DNA of 63,831 nucleotides, filler included, from Octopus bimaculoides (Eukaryota), in NCBI RefSeq assembly GCF_001194135.2. It is 6 parts of 6 records of this genome, joined end to end, with 100 filler letters (N's around TTAATTAATTAA, not from the genome) between each part and the next. Parts side by side here need not be neighbours in the genome. Positions count along the whole stretch, not along the records: positions 34,879 to 39,901 come from NC_069007.1; positions 40,002 to 54,167 come from NC_068986.1; 4 more parts are not named here. The stretch is one strand, 5' to 3'. Within the stretch, counting starts at the first letter, position 1. Every line of letters starts with the position of its first letter. Positions 39,116 through 51,684 of the stretch are shown here, in pieces. A program made the translations under genes and the position numbers. The notes below the pieces were generated by a model. That model did not search any database. It was not told the origin of the DNA and saw only the letters and a list, made by a program, of their open reading frames with translations.

Positions 39116-39152
39116 TCTTTCTGTTGAAGAGCGTAGCTCGAAACGTCAAAGA
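39116..39152 (+). ncRNA. Hammerhead-like motif with A6U core variant (family HH2)
   Basis: UCUUU-CUGUUGA-A-GAGC-GUA-GCUC-GAAAC-GUC-AAAGA. Stems I and II are perfect and the cleavage triplet is GUC. The homologous repeat continues to about 39240. Confidence 0.6.
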
Positions 39153-39723
39153 CTTTCCGTATTCCCGAGCGTCATACTAATATATACTTTTGTTATTTAC
39201 ACCACCTGTCCTCGTCTGTTGTTATTATTTGTATATTCTCCCATATATATGTACATGTATATACATATTATGCATATACATACATATATATATATATACG
39301 TATATACATATATACATGCACACACATACAAACATACATACACACACACACATATATATATATATATACATGCACACATACATATATATTACATATATTA
39401 CTTAAACTGAATTCTTTTCCTGATGATTTAAGTTTCATGCCACAGCGATCATTTAGGCGTGTGTATTTGAGTCTTTCAGCCTGATTTTATAACCATTCGA
39501 ATAAAATTGTTTTCATTGGTTAATTGCAAAATTTTGCTTTTTTTATGGTAGCCGTCGTTTTAAGTATTTTCATATAACCGTTTTTCATAAACCAATTCGT
39601 CTATTATTTTGTCTGTACAGGTTGGTTTCGTTATCGTATCCCGTTTCACTAGATTGATATTCTTAAGATGTCGGTATTAATTAGGCGTGTGTGTGAGTAT
39701 ATATATATATATATATATATATA

Positions 39724-39760
<37 letters not shown>

Positions 39761-40002
39761 ATGTAATACTAAGTAATGTTGTCAAATGTTATTATACGAC
39801 CGTCCTTGCCAGATCTTATTCGCTGGCTCTAAGGTTCCATACATCTTCACTGGATAACTGCCAACCAGTTTGCCATGGCGTAAAGCTCGAGTCACGAGAA
39901 ANNNNNNNNNNNNNNNNNNNNNNNNNNNNNNNNNNNNNNNNNNNNTTAATTAATTAANNNNNNNNNNNNNNNNNNNNNNNNNNNNNNNNNNNNNNNNNNN
40001 NA

Positions 40003-40124
<122 letters not shown>

Positions 40125-40552
40125 CAAAGAGAAAACATCGAGCGTTTTGGCCATTTTGTTATGAAATATGTTTCTGAAAAAGGAAACGAATACATTGTGC
40201 ATTCAAAATATATTTCCCTTCATTTGGTATCAATAAAAATCTATAGATTTTAGGAGTGAAGTAAACAAATTGTTTAGCACAGATATGACAAAAGTATTTT
40301 TCATCAGTTTTGGCATTTACATTTATATTGATGAGTATAATATGTTCAGTGTTATCAGATAATTGTTTCCGATTATGGCACAATGCCAGTAATTTTAGGG
40401 GTGGGGGTGGGCTTGGTTGGTTAAATCGACTCCAAAGCTTGATTTGCACTTTATTTTATCGGCCCCTAAAGGATGAAGGGTGAAATCGAGCTCAGAAATA
40501 AATGCTGATGCGTTGACTATTCAGCCAACTAACAACCTTAGTGTGATCAGAT

Positions 40553-40827
40553 CAGGGCTTTTCAAACTTTTTGACTTGCGGACCCCTTTGTATTTCAGGC
40601 TTTACATTAGGGACCCCCTTATAAACGCTTATGAAACTTATACATAAATATTTGCTTAAAATAACATATATTTTTACATTTATTTATTTAACAGTATTTA
40701 ACAAATAGGTTTATTGTCAATTAAAAGATTTCGATTAAAAAACATATAAAATCAAATTGCCCATAAAAAGTATTTGCTGTCCACGGACCTCCTGTCTTGT
40801 CCGCGGACCACAGTTTGAAAACCACTG
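40553..40827. mobile_element. hAT-superfamily MITE (275 bp)
   Basis: TIRs CAGGGCTTTTCAAACT and AGTTTGAAAACCACTG (14/16 match). Perfect 8-bp TSD GATCAGAT at 40545-40552 and 40828-40835. Confidence 0.93.
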
Positions 40828-42087
40828 GATCAGATAATAAAGAAGGAGAATATTAGTGTTTGTCACACGATAGTGATGTAGCAAAAGAAACATTAAGAAG
40901 TGTTGCGTCGGTGCATTTCAGTCCTATAAGCAGAATGTGTGAATGGTTATCACTTTTAGTGAGAATTCAAATCTGCTTTAGAATTTTACAATTTCAATTC
41001 TCCCAATTATTAATTTGAACACACTATTTGCTCAAATATATTTTTATGTCATTCGTTCACATAACTAACCAATCTATAGAATAGTCGTTAGGGTTTCGAT
41101 TTTTCGCAAACAGTTTTGAATATCGATTGAAATGCATTACAATTTGAAAAAATGACACTTTTACTATTGTCTTTGTTTAAATAAAAACGACCCCTTTAAC
41201 ATAAAAACATAAAAGAAACTTCTTCGAAAAACAGAAACTACTGTATTTTTAATTATAATGCAATTTAAGACATACACAATGTTTGTTTATCCAAAATAAT
41301 CTACTGTAAATTAATTAAGAAAGTTAAAAATAATGTTTTATCCCACATATTTTTAATGCTTTATATTTTAAATATGAACATGTTATTACGACAATTGTAT
41401 CAAGTTTTATCTAACACCTACAGAGAGCAGAAATGGTATGACAATACCCACAAAATGAAATCTATGTCAAAACCGAAATATTGTAATATTAATGTTTTAC
41501 CTAATATTAAAATTTTGCCAAAACTTTTCTGGCAAATTTCTCTGATAAACCCATCTTTAGATGGGTTTTATCAGAGAATTAATGTAGTGTGACATAATAA
41601 TACTACGGTTTTTTTTTGTTTTTTTTTTACTTTATCATGAACCTCGAAAAACAATCATATCTTTGGGTTGTTGGTAGCCACAGGTATAGGGCAGGGCAAT
41701 GCAATGTCAGGGCAGTGTAGTGCTGTATAGTATTGTGTAATATGAAGTCATCTAGTGTGATATAGCATAGAATAACTTAAAGTAGTGTAGTAAGGTATAG
41801 AGTGGCCTACTAAATACGAATTAATGTAGTGTGACATAATAATACTAATACCACAATACATCAAATAGATGTTACCTTATACCTCAATAACATAGAATAC
41901 TTCTTTGTATCAATTGGTTTATTTCTTTGACTGGAGTCTAGTCCTTCCATCTGGCGCCTGATAGAGGTGCTTTTTGTACTTTCGTTCGTTAAAGTGTCTT
42001 CAGACATTTGTTGGCAGTAGATTAGGTAGTAGTTAAAAAGAAACACGAATAAATCAACGGCATGGCAGTGTGTTTAAGAAGCCTGCT

Positions 42088-42500
42088 AAGGTGGCGAGCT
42101 GGCAGAAACGTTAGCACGCTTAGCGGTATTTCGTCTGCCGTTACGTTCTGAGTTCAAATTCCGCCGACTTTGCCTTTCATCCTTTTGGGGTCGATAAATT
42201 AAGTAACAGTTACGCACTGGAATCGATGTAATCGACTTAACCCCTTTGTCTGTCCTTGTTCGTCCCTTCTACGTTTAGCCCCTTGTGGGCAATAAAGAAA
42301 TAAGAAATGTTAGCACACCGGGTGAACCACTTAGCGGTATTTCGTCTGTCTTTACGTTCTGTGTTCAAATTCTGCCGAGGTCGACTTTGCCTTTCATCCT
42401 TTTGGGGTCGATAAATTAAGTACCAACTGCATACTGGGGTCGATCTAATCAACTGTCCCCTTCCCCCGAAATTTCGGTCCTTGTACCTATAGTGGAAAAG
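42088..42500 (+). mobile_element. SINE family A dimer nested in a family B SINE (42061-42890)
   Basis: The family B head catggcagtgtgtttaagaagcc precedes it and the rest of family B follows. gtttaagaa is duplicated at 42072 and 42500. Confidence 0.85.
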
Positions 42501-43489
42501 TTTAAGAAACCCGTTTTGCAACCACTTGTCTTCGGTCCCACTACCAGGCACCCTGCACAAGTATTTCTATTATAGTCTTGGGCCGTTCAATGCCTTGTGA
42601 GTGGATCTGATAACCAGAAACTGTGAGGAAGCATGTCACCTATACACACACACATGTGTGTGTATACGTGCAGGTGTTTGTGTGCACGCTTCTGTTTATA
42701 TTGTGTGTGTGCCCACGCTACCTACCGCTTGTCAACCGGTGCTAGTTTGTTTACGTCCCCACAACTTAGTGGTTCGGTAAAATATATCAAAAGAATAAGT
42801 ACTTGAGCCAATTTGTTTTGTTAAAAAAAAAACCTTTGAGGCAGTGCCCCAGCTTGGTCGCAGTCCAGCGATTGAAACATAAGAGATAAATTATAGATAT
42901 GTGTATGGTGAGCCCAACTCCGCTGTTGGCTTTTCGTACTGTTCAGGCTTAAATCTACAATCCCTTAACGTAGCTAAATTGGTGGAACTAAGTAGTGAAT
43001 GTGAATCACATAAAGTAGACTAGCGTTATATCCAGGAGACGTGGAAAATATGTATTTCACGATTAATTAATATCAAGGTTAAGTTATTTTAGAAGATATC
43101 CACTCAGTAGGTAGTGGGTGGAGGAGGTAACAACAAATATTGAAAGGAAACGTATTTAAGATTAATACACAACAAATATAAATGATAGACAAAAAATCGG
43201 GTTAAAATTGAACCTAAATCTTTGGAAATAAACATCAAAAATATACATCAAATGTTAATCAAATGATACCTTCTGACTAATGATTTATCATTTTAGTGAT
43301 GTGTGTAAAGATGATGATGATGGCAGTGGTGATGGTGGTGGTGGTGGTGATGATGATGATGATGATGAATTCACAAGTCGATAGAGCCTCACAGGTGTTT
43401 AATTGTGATTCCGCGCACGCACGTACACACACACATTTATATAAACTTTCATACAAGTGTACGTACATACATATATATGCATGTGTGGT

Positions 43490-43550
<61 letters not shown>

Positions 43551-43756
43551 ATACGCACATATGTGTGCGTGCGTGTGTGTGTGTGTATGCATAGGTTAAA
43601 TATACCACTTGACACATAAAATACACAAATATGTTTAGATATTTATCACTGTAATTATGAATATATTACATATTCACACCTATATACTGACATATAAACA
43701 CACACACTCAAACTCGCACAAATTCAAAAACATCTGAGAACATTAATGTGTATTTA

Positions 43757-43791
<35 letters not shown>

Positions 43792-43966
43792 TGCGTAGTA
43801 TGTAAGGCTTTTTAATGTGTGTATGTGTGTGTTTGCGTGCATATGTGTAAGTAATTGTTTAGGTGCTAGATTTGTATATGAGTATGGAGTTTTATATAGC
43901 TTTTTGTTGGTGTATATGTACGATGTATACTTGTGTATATTGCGGAGTGTAAACTCCGCAATGTGT

Positions 43967-44014
<48 letters not shown>

Positions 44015-44520
44015 ATGTCCATGTTTGTAGAAAATGTGTACATGTGCGTATGTGTACATGCGTGTGTCTACACGTGTGCATGTCTGTAGGTATGCAAGTG
44101 TACGTATGTATGTATATGTGTATAGGTTTGTGATCTGTTTCCTACCCAGGTATCCAGGTTGAGTTAATCGTTCCTTTACGTATCCTTTGTCCCCCTGTTC
44201 TCTCCCCCAGATGGAGGTCGTTAACAGATCAAGGAGGCGGTGCCTATGAATAGGGTCTCTGAAGACGCTTCATAAAAGGAAAGTGGGAGTTGGGTAGGGA
44301 CTTCCGACTTTCATCTTAACTAAGTAATCGCCGAATATTGTCACCTTGATTCCGGAGCGGTGGGTAACACCCACTCTTGAGGATGGCTTGAGACGTCAGC
44401 TGCCACTGGTTACTTATTCATCAGTTAAACACTGCAGCCCATAGCCTTTCAAGGAATGGCTATACGTGACAAGATTTAGAGTGTCAGTGCGAGTCTATAA
44501 TGTGGGTTTCTTACTTACCA

Positions 44521-44939
44521 TTTCTTTTATCTTTAACTAGTTTCGGTCATTAGACTGTGGCAATGCTACGTCATAGCCTTGAACAATTTTTAATCGAATG
44601 AATCGATCCTGGTACTAATTTTATAATTTTTTTTTTTTGAAAGTCTGGTACTTATTCTATCGGTCACTTTTTCCGAAACGCTAGGTTACGGGAACGAACG
44701 TAAACACAACAACATCAGTTGTCAAGTGGTGGTGGTGGGGACAAACACAGCCGAAAGATACATGCATACACTTAGATATATATATATGTACGACTGGCTT
44801 CCTTCAGTTTCCATCTACCAAAGCCACTCACAAGGCTTTGATTGCCCGAGGCTATAGTAGAAGACACTTGTCTAAGTTGCCACGCAATGAGACTGAACCC
44901 AGGACCATGTGGTTTGGAAGCAAACGTCTTACCACACAG
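44521..44939 (-). mobile_element. SINE family B
   Basis: Reverse-complement tail and head (cttccttcagtttccatctacc...gaacccaggaccatgtgg). Confidence 0.88.
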
Positions 44940-45217
44940 NNNNNNNNNNGAGAGGAAGAGAGACACAGAGAGACTAAGTGAGGTGAGAACGGGATAACTA
45001 ACATTTCTTGTTACATTTGACTGTTGCCATGGTGGAGCACCGTCTTTAGTCGAACAAATCGACCCCAGTACTTATTCTTTGTAAGCCTAGTACTTATTCT
45101 ATCGGTGTCTTTTGTATATATATATATATGCATACATATGTATATGCATATATCTATATAAGTACCAGTACAAACTCTTGAGCTTTGAGTCACTTTGTTA
45201 CTTCTGCTAAATATATA

Positions 45218-46569
45218 CAGGGGTTGGACAAAATAATGGAAACACCTAGCATCATAGAATCATAATTTTGAAATATCTATAAAATTATCAAAAGCTTGTT
45301 TATTTTTATGTCTTTTGATTTATTAATAGTGTTGCATAATATGTTTTGCTAAAATTGCTGTTTCTTTTCAGATATCATCAGAAAAAGGTAATTCAAATCC
45401 ATTAAAATAACAGATCTATCGGACTTTCCAAGAGGTCAAATTGTTGGTGCTCTTATGGCAGGCGCTAGTGTAACGAAAACAGCTGAAATGTTTGGTGTAT
45501 CAAGAAGTACTGTCTTGAAAGTAACGACAGCCTTTGAGAAAGAGGGAAAAACCTCCACGTCCAAACAAAACTCCGGAAGAAAACCAAAACTTTCAGATAG
45601 GGGCCGTTGGATTCTTAGGCGAATTGTTTGAAAGGATCACATAAGTACAGCTCCCAAAATTACTGCAGAGCTTAATGACCACCTCGAGAACTCAGTTTCA
45701 ACAAAAACTGTTCGCCGAGAGCTGCACAAATTCGGTTTTCACGGGTGGGCTGCAATCAGAAAATCATCCTATGGTTGCAGAATTGTTTCCGGAGGGAAAC
45801 GTAATCTTTCGGGATGATAATGCACCAATTCACACAGCTAAAGTTGTTACTGAATAGCATGAGGAACATTCTAGTGAAGCTGAACTTGTCCCTTGCTTTC
45901 AATTTGAAAATAATATAACCTTCTATCCTCACAGCACCGCCATTCACCGTTTTCCTTTGTGATTTCAAAAGTTCCTTTCAATGAATCGTAAGTCGTATTT
46001 TTTTTGCTTTACACATTTTATCGTAGGTATTCAGCACTTTTTCTACTTTTGCTTCTACATTTTGAAGTGATAAATATGGGAAATTTAATTTCTTTTGCCA
46101 TAAAAAATGTTACTTCTTTCGAAATTTCCTTTGTTCTTTCTTTCCTTCTTTTGATGGTACCTGCAAGGAACAGGTAGCGACAATTTGAAGTTTCATTGGT
46201 ATTCTTTCAGTTGTTTTGCAAAGAATGCTCTTCTTGAAGGACAGGTCTTCTTTTGCTATGTGAGTCTTGAAATTGTACGAGATTCTTCGTCCACATCTCC
46301 AGTCTCCAGATCTCAACATTATTGAACATTTATGATGTATTTTAGAAAACCAAGTAAGCAGTCGATATCCTCCACCATCATCACTACAAGAACTGGAGAG
46401 TGTTTTAGCTGAAGAATAGACAAAAATTCCTTTGGAAACAGTTCAAACTTTGTACGAGTCCATACCTCGTAGAATTCAAGCTGTAATTACTGCCATAGGC
46501 AGTCTTACCTATATTAAAATATATTTGTTTGAAATTTTAAGGGGTTTCCATTATTTTGTCCAACCCCTG
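45218..46569 (+). mobile_element. Tc1-family DNA transposon, defective, both TIRs present
   Basis: TIRs CAGGGGTTGGACAAAATAATGGAAAC at both ends, with TA on the left. Transposase pieces: DLSDFPRGQIVG..GASVTKTAEMFGVSRSTV..NSGRKPKLS, IFRDDNAPIHTAK, QSPDLNIIEHL*. It has a central deletion, stops and a foreign insert at about 45886-46295. Confidence 0.95.
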
Positions 46570-47198
46570 TTTATACTTTTTTAGGCTACCATTGGTTTCA
46601 CGCTAAGAGAGATATCTCTTACCAATTATCAAGCCTTTCACATGGAGCGTTGGTGTTCGTCTCCATCTTGGAGCCTGGTCAATGGTAGCCTGGTTAACCT
46701 ACAAATAAATAATATTCATCCTCCAATGGCGTGTTGGGCACTCGTTCCAACTGTTCGATATTAATGTGTGCGTGCGTATATATATATNNNNNNNNNNNNN
46801 NNNNNNNNNNNNNNNNNNNNNNNNNNNNNNNNNNNNNNNNNNNNNNNNNNNNNNNNNNNNNNNNNNNNNNNNNNNNNNNNNNNNNNNNNNNNNNNNNNNN
46901 NNNNNNNNNNNNNNNNNNNNNNNNNNNNNNNNNNNNNNNNNNNNNNNNNNNNNNNNNNNNNNNNNNNNNNNNNNNNNNNNNNNNNNNNNNNNNNNNNNNN
47001 NNNNNNNNNNNNNNNNNNNNNNNNNNNNNNNNNNNNNNNNNNNNNNNNNNNNNNNNNNNNNNNNNNNNNNNNNNNNNNNNNNNNNNNNNNNNNNNNNNNN
47101 NNNNNNNNNNNNNNNNNNNNNNNNNNNNNNNNNNNNNNNNNNNNNNNNNNNNNNNNNNNNNNNNNNNNNNNTATATGTATATGTATATGTATATATCA

Positions 47199-47312
47199 GA
47201 GCGTAGGCTCAAAACGTCAAAGACTTTTCCATTCTTCCCGAGCGTTATACTAATACACCTGTTTGTTGTTTCTTCACCTGTCTTCAGCTTTTGTTTTCTG
47301 TGAATTTGAACT
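47199..47312 (+). mobile_element. Family HH2 repeat, 5'-truncated
   Basis: gagcgtaggctcaaaacgtcaaagacttttcc..cccgagcgttatactaata..cacctgtc, homologous to 39129-39240. Confidence 0.75.
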
Positions 47313-49110
47313 GTATATATATGAGCAGTAAAAATCTTCAGCGGCTCATGTTTCGGTTTTAAAATAAAATAAAAGTTAATGATATAAAGAAGAACAATGG
47401 CCGTTGTAGTAACAGAAGAAGGCACAAAGAGATGATACAGATTCATAGTTGGTGCAAAAAATTTATATTGTTCTTTAGAAAGGACTTACTTGAATGTCAG
47501 TTAAAACTAAATCTTCTCTGTATTGCAACGAACTAGAGTGCTAGTGGTTCTCTCTAGCTTGTTTTAAGTAAATAAAAAATGCATTCTTCTTTCGATAGAG
47601 TGTTAGTATATAGCTGATTATTTTTTACAAGAGTGAGGCGGAGGAGAGAAACAAACAAACATGCAAACAAAGATTTGTACTCAGCACTGTAATCCAAGTA
47701 ATCATTCGTCATTTTCACATAACTGCCGCAAACTCCAACAGTGGAATATTCTAAATGCTCTATATGTGATATGAGGTGTTTTCTTACAACCAGTTGGACT
47801 GAACTGCGGAGAGTTTACTGAGCTGACCATAAACACAACGTACTACTTCGGACAGATGACAAACAGCCGCACTCATATTGATTCGTCCTTCACTGCTCTG
47901 TCAGTATCTGTTTCTTGCAGACGTACTTGTTGATTCCTCTATATTGCAGTTCAGGACCATTGCAACCCGGATCGTGAAAACTTTTCCGAGTATGGTTTGA
48001 TGCTGTAGACCCTTCTTTCATTTCTCTCTCTCTCACACACAGACACACACAAGTACACGCACAGTTGCTTATACAAGTATATATACACAAATATTTAAAA
48101 ATAGAACACATTACACGTATGCAATACTTTGAATATTGATATCACCGTTACTGCCACCGCCGCCGCCGCATCCACCACCACCATCGCCACCAAAAAATGC
48201 TACCATCATCATTGCCAACCGAATGCCCTGACCTATACTAAGGGCAAAAGTAAATGAAGCCCTTAATAGTTTAGTGCGAACACAATGTAACATCGTTAAA
48301 TGTGTCAAGCATGATGAACTGTAGGGCCCCACTTGAATAATCCATCATGACAATCTTAACTAATTAGCCAACATTTATATATTTTTGTGTCCCCAGTATA
48401 GTTACGTCTTACCTGTAAATCTTGTGTTCATCCAGCCCCAACTAACTATGTGAGAGTCGCATGAGAAATAGGTGTTTATCTGTAAAACTTGATATCGGCG
48501 TGGGAGGTTTACCTGCTACCCTTGTAAAAGGGGTTGAAATAAGGATGGTGTTCGTTGAAATACTATATCCTATTATAAAGCATTGATAGAGAAATAGATG
48601 ATAAATAAAACAAGAGATGACAAGGATAAAAAAACAACAAAAACTACTAGAATTTGAAGTAACTAATGCAGGGATCTCTGTCGGTAAAAGACAGTTAATA
48701 AGATATGTAAAATAAGATAAGTTAGTGTATCGTGAGGAGAGGCGAGTTCTGAAGTTTCGTATTGGTGTAATCGGTCCTCAAGGTACACGGACATATCTCA
48801 TTTTACGAGGTTAACCCGTAATATCAATATGTTGATGAGTGCTAGTGGACTGATTGTGAAATTATCCCACGCACTCGTGTGATATTTGTAGAGTCCTGAT
48901 ATTATGATCAGCGCTAGCCACCGTGCTGACTTCAAAAAAGAAAGTGAGTTTTGTTCTATAGAGAAAGTTAAATAATTACAAATATGCACTGAAATCAGAA
49001 CCTAGAAACAGTTCACAAATGTTTATCTGATTAATATATTGTCAAGATTTAAGGTGGCGAGCTGGCAGAATCATTAATGCCTAGCAGCATTCTGTCCGTC
49101 TTTAAGATCT

Positions 49111-49795
49111 CGCGAACTCATTTCACCCTTTTTGGATAGACTTGTGGCTGGTGACGAAAAATGGATCTTCTATCGAAATGTAAACGTCGTAAACAGTGGC
49201 TTGGTAAAAGGGAAAAGGCTCAACCACACCCGAGAAGGGAACTTCATGGGAAAAAGGTTCTCTCTATCTGGTGGGATTGCAAAGGAGTAATTCACGTTGA
49301 ATTGTTACCATCTAATGCAACAATCAATGTTCAAGTCTACTGTCAGCAATTAGAGCGTTTGAACCAAGCTTTGAAGAAAAAGACCCGCTTTAGTGAATCG
49401 AAAAGGAGTGATGTTTCATCAGCTCAATGCGCGACCCCACACTGCAAAGATCACATCACAGAAGATCGAAGAGCTTGGTTGGGAAAAAATTCCTCATCCA
49501 CCTTATTCTCCCGACCTTGCTCCTTCAGACTACCATTTGCTTCGTAGTTTACAGAATCATTTGGGGGACATAACTTTCGCAAGCCAGGAGGAGGTCGAAA
49601 CTGACATTTCAGAGTTCTTCGCTTTGAAGCCAAAAGAGTTTTACATTGATGGGATTAGAAAACTTGTAAATAGATGGAAGGAAGTCATAGATAATCAGGG
49701 GAAGCACATTGATGATTACATTTCAATTAATTATAACAATTGATCACTTGTTTTCTTTATTCAAAATTCGGACAGAACTTATGGGATGACCTGAT
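49111..49795 (+). mobile_element. Mariner (DD34D) transposase pseudogene, 3' half plus right TIR
   Basis: FLDRLVAGDEKW, SIWWDCKGVIH, FHQLNARPH, HPPYSPDLAPSDYHLLRSL with frameshifts. It ends cggacagaacttatgggatgacctgata. Confidence 0.95.
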
Positions 49796-49995
49796 ATATT
49801 TCTGTAGGTATTAAACACAGGCTGGATGAGAGAGTTCTTTAATGATGCTTCGGTTATGTTACTGAGTTATCAGATATATAAATAAACAGGTTGTGTCTTT
49901 ATATATATATACATACAACACACAACACAAACACACACACAACACAAACACACACACAACACAAACACACACAAAAATCTATTATATATAGAATA

Positions 49996-50330
49996 CTAGC
50001 AGAGCAACCCGGCGTTGCCCGGGAATGAAATTGTTGCTTATATACTGGAAGGAAAAAAGCAAAATATGCTGTATAGAAATCTGAGGACATTCTGTAGATG
50101 GGCTCTCAGATGAATGATGACTGGGCATCTCTCATGAATTGGAAAATTGAAGATACGCCAAAAAGCCTCATTGGTACTTGGAAACTTTTACGAAAATTAA
50201 AATGTGGATTAAATGAAAAAAATGATTTACGTGAATATCCTCACAAGAGTAATTGAAATAAATTGCGATTGTGGAACCCCTCATTCACACACGCACGCGC
50301 ACGCACACACACAGAGTATCACACATCAGA
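49996..50330 (-). mobile_element. Non-autonomous Helitron, 3' portion
   Basis: Minus strand ends with hairpin CCCGGGCAACGCCGGG then CTAG|T. It is an inverted homologue of 51140-51433. Confidence 0.85.
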
Positions 50331-50679
50331 TGAAATGGAAGTGTGTGTGTGTGTGACAGAGAGAGAGAGAGTGTGAGAGAGAGAGAGAGAGAGAGTGAGA
50401 GAGAGAGAGTGAGAGAGAGAGNNNNNNNNNNNNNNNNNNNNNNNNNNNNNNNNNNNNNNNNNNNNNNNNNNNNNNNNNNNNNNNNNNNNNNNNNNNNNNN
50501 NNNNNNNNNNNNNNNNNNNNNNNNNNNNNNNNNNNNNNNNNNNNNNNNNNNNNNNNNNNNNNNNNNNNNNNNNNNNNNNNNNNNNNNNNNNNNNNNNNNN
50601 NNNNNNNNNNNNNNNNNNNNNNNNNNNNNNGTGTGTGTGTGTGCGTGTGTATGAGAGAGAGAGAGAGAGAGAGAGTAAA

Positions 50680-50935
50680 TCTATATATATAAAACAGAGA
50701 TGTGTGTGTAATCGCTTTTCACGTGAAATCGACTTCACCAAATGTTTCCATACTTGTGATGCGTGAATAATTTGACCTCGGATAAATGTTAGGCTCTTCG
50801 TTTGATTTTTAATTAAAAATAAATAATATTGCTTTATATTTAAGATTCACTTCTTTAAAAAGGTTCCTCGATGTCAACTTCCGGTATTGACGTAACAACG
50901 GCAAAAAGCTTCACTCTCTATTTTGTGTGAGTGTG

Positions 50936-50971
<36 letters not shown>

Positions 50972-51433
50972 AATACTACATACACACCGCTCTCTCACTC
51001 TGTCTCACACACATACACACGCACACACACACCCCTTGACTCACTCACACTCTGTCTCTTACAAACATACACATACATAAATGTATACAAACATATTTAC
51101 AAAGACACACGTGTGTATGCGCGCGTGCGTGCGTGCGTGCGTGGGGTGTTCCACAATCGCTATTTATTTCAATTACTCTTGTGAGGATATTCACGTAAAT
51201 CATTTTTTTCATTTAATCCCCATTTTAATTTTCGTAAAAGTTTCCAAGTACCAATGAGGCTTTTTGGCACATCTTCAATGTTCCCCATTCATGAGAGGCG
51301 CCCAGCCATCATTCATCTGAGAGCCCATCTACAGAATGACCTCTCAAATTTCTATACAGCATATTTTGCCTCTTTTTCTTCAAGTATATAAGCAACAATT
51401 TCATTCCCGAGCAACGCCGGGTGCCTCTGTTAG
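50680..51433 (+). mobile_element. Non-autonomous Helitron, full length
   Basis: 5' A|TCTATATATATAAAA. 3' hairpin CCCGAGCAACGCCGGG then TTAG|T (CTAG in the sister copy). Inserted between A and T with no TSD. Confidence 0.85.
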
Positions 51434-51629
51434 TACTACATACACAGCGCTCTCCCACTCTGTCTCACACACATACACACGCACACATATATCCAAAAAT
51501 GATGGATGCATATGACAACACACCCCTTGACTCACTCACACTCTGTCTCTTACAAACACACACATACATAAATATATACAAACATATTTACAAAGACACA
51601 CGTGTGTATGTGCGCGTGCGCGTGTTTGC

Positions 51630-51684
<55 letters not shown>

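Noticed and set aside
44395-44430. CTGATGA on the minus strand as a further hammerhead
   Set aside because: No stem II or GAAAC follows.
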